DNA of 64,000 bases from the NCBI RefSeq assembly GCF_009914755.1, contig NC_060940.1. The stretch is one strand, 5' to 3'. This document shows positions 55,866 to 64,000 of this stretch, piece after piece. The translations under genes and the position numbers were made by a program. The notes beneath the pieces were generated by a model. That model was not told the DNA's origin. It saw only the letters and a program-made list of their open reading frames with translations, and made no database searches. Positions within the stretch are counted from its first letter, which is position 1. Every line of letters begins with the position of its first letter. This DNA is from the human T2T-CHM13v2.0 reference genome, Homo sapiens.

Positions 55866-56107
55866 TGTTGTGCTTCTCTGACGGCCAGTCCAGCCTTGTA
55901 ATCATAACGGTGATATTGAAGGCAGATCTTCATCTTGTTCCCCGAGCGTGTGTCCATGCTGCGGGGATAAGAATGTGATTTATCTAAACTCTTGCCACAC
56001 TAGGGAGTATTAATTTGTTTACCCTCTGCTGGAGGCCAGGTGCTGGTATCCAGTAGAGGTCCTCCCGCGGAAAAGAGCAGACCACGAAAACACAATCTCA
56101 TGGGAGT

Positions 56108-56122
56108 CCACTAGGGGGCAGC
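56108..56122 (+). promoter_or_regulatory. Candidate CTCF site (strong)
   Basis: CCACTAGGGGGCAGC matches the consensus core in unique, CpG-containing DNA. Confidence 0.7.
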
Positions 56123-56199
56123 CATCAACAGCATTCACTTGCTAAAGTCGCTTCAAATCAAATGAAACTAAAGCTGGAAATCCACGGGCACAGGGAAAA

Positions 56200-56600
56200 C
56201 AGACCGTTATCTCACCCCTTATGCAAGAATGAACTCAAACTGGATTAAATATTTAAACATAAGATCTGAAACTGCAAAACCACTATAAGAAAATATAAGG
56301 GATCGAAAGGAACCAAATAGGCCCGGTGCTGTAATCCCAGCACTTTGGGAGGCCGAGGAGGGCGGATCACTTAAGGTCGGCAGTTCGAGGCCAGCCTGGC
56401 CAACGTGGTGAAACCTCTCTCTACTAAAAATGCAAAAATTAGCTGAACATGCCAAGGTGCATGCCCTTAGTCCCAGCTACTCAGGAGGCTGAGGTGGGAG
56501 GATCACTTGAACCCAGGAGGTCAAGGCTGCAGTAAGCCGAGATCACCCCACTGCACTCCAGCCTGGGCAATAGAGCCAGACCCTGTCTCAAAAAAATAAA
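56200..56600 (+). mobile_element. L1 ORF2 fragment (56200-56300) and Alu (56320-56600)
   Basis: ATCTCACCCCTTATGCAAGAATGAACTCAAACTGGATTAAA. Confidence 0.8.
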
Positions 56601-56618
56601 CAAAACATAATTTATATA

Positions 56619-57618
<1,000 letters not shown>

Positions 57619-57619
57619 C

Positions 57620-57620
<1 letters not shown>

Positions 57621-57680
<60 letters not shown>
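57621..57680 (+). repeat. (GATA)15 tetranucleotide STR
   Basis: Directly visible, uninterrupted. Confidence 0.97.
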
Positions 57681-57785
57681 TAATTTTGGTAGCATATTAT
57701 ACATTGGTTTTTACTGTGCTTTTCACTTGTCTATATATATCTTGGACACCTTTCCACAACAGTAAATAGTATGCCATCTAATTCC

Positions 57786-61755
<3,970 letters not shown>

Positions 61756-61756
61756 A

Positions 61757-62327
61757 AGGTCCTTGAATAATACATTGTTTCATTCAACATCAGTGGTTTC
61801 ACCATAACTCAATCACCAGCCGGGGCCACTATCTGGAATTCGCACACTCTCCCCCCATCTGCATGGGTTACCTCATTAGGTTTCCTCCGACATTGTAAAG
61901 CTGTGCCTGTTCGGGGAACCGGGCGTCTACATGGTCCCAGTGTGAGTGAGTGTGTCTGTGAGTGTGCCTTGTGATGGAGAGTGTCTTGCCGGGATGGGGT
62001 CGCATCACGCACCCTGGGCTGCCAGGACAGGCTCAGGCCACCCGAGACCGTGAACTGGAATAAACAGGAAAATAACAATCTTACATGTTTTTCTTAATCT
62101 TTCTTAAAAGTATGTATAGCTCACATTCATTTCAATGTTCAATAGGAGAAGTGTGTTGGTCTTTATTTAGAAGTTTGGTGATGTTTTTCTGACCAGAAAT
62201 ATGCCGTAAGAATTTAACTCTTGTTAATATCAATAAACCTATGGTAAAACTGGTTTTGTTATGTGTTGTTTCGCTTAAAGTCACAGTTTCCAATAACCTG
62301 TTAATGACGTTAGGTGAGGACTTACTG
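61757..62327 (+). mobile_element. MER6-like Tigger element
   Basis: GCCGGGGCCACT...GGTTTCCTCC...GTGTGAGTGAGTGTG...CCTTGTGATGGA; terminal GACGTTAGGTGAGGACTTACTG. Confidence 0.75.
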
Positions 62328-63056
62328 TGCCTGAGATGGGCACTGGTGTGACAGACACCATTAGGAGCACCTAACAGGGAGGGCGAGCTCACCCCCTGAG
62401 TTTGAACCCTGACTCCATCACTATTAGCGGGGGCCCTGGACCCACCTCTGGGATATATAACCTGAGGTTTCCTTCTGTAAGCCCGGGGTTTCTTCCTCTG
62501 TAAAACAGGGAGAAGAATCAGGCCTCCTTCACCAGGTCATCACAAGGATAAGTGAGATAGTACCTGTTAAGCCTGTAGTACAGCACCAGGCCTATAGGAC
62601 CAGCAACCCCGGTTGCAGAGTTGGGGAGAGGAGGGCGGGGCAGATATTTGCTGGCAGCATCACTCACAAAGCCTGAGAGATGACCCAGATGAGCGAAGGC
62701 TTCCCCGTCTGCACTTCGTCCAGGGAGGTTCAGCAGTGCGAGGGGAGACTCCAGGCCAGCACTCTGCTTTAATCTATCAAGCTTGTCACTGCTGCGGAAG
62801 CCAGACAGAACCACTTATCAAGAGTCATTCTGGGGCCCCACAAATAATTCCCCAACCCCTGCCACGAGCTTAGGGAAGACACAGGTGAGGCAGACAAGGT
62901 CTGTGCCCTCTGGGAATCTTATCTCAAAGCTGAGACAAGATAAAAACAAAGATAATAGGAGACTCACTGTCGCAAGGGGATATGTTGGTCTGTTTACAGA
63001 GGGCCAGCTCTGCTCCTGTTCTCCACGGGAAATGTTAGCCACATGCAGGAAAATAG

Positions 63057-64000
<944 letters not shown>

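Overview
Primate (almost certainly human) non-coding genomic DNA, probably intergenic or deep-intronic and very rich in repeats. It holds roughly 90-100 Alu copies or fragments, many nested in older elements. Other repeats: MaLR solo LTRs (THE1, MST, MLT1), two LTR9-like ERV1 solo LTRs, other ERV1/ERVL LTRs, a decayed ERVL pol region (RT YIDD, RNase H, integrase start), fragmented old L1M, L2, MIR and a CR1 relic, plus DNA transposons (Tigger2, MER6, MER5, MER20, MER33, MER58, MER81, MADE1). I find no credible protein-coding exon, RNA gene or CpG island. The supplied ORFs are Alu, simple-repeat or chance frames. I cannot identify the locus and do not see a new gene system. The most unusual signals are structural. 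(1) A ~99% identical 261-bp inverted local copy (48999-49259 vs 56590-56850). (2) A mosaic of locally templated insertions at 39.6-41.0 kb. (3) Several fold-back or iterative template-switch scars. (4) A short orphan retrocopy with poly(A) signal, tail and TSD (27703-27958). (5) A divergent CTCF motif pair and two convergent OCT4-motif LTR9 copies. Subfamily names come from recalled consensus sequences and need RepeatMasker/Dfam confirmation. Coordinates are counted by eye.
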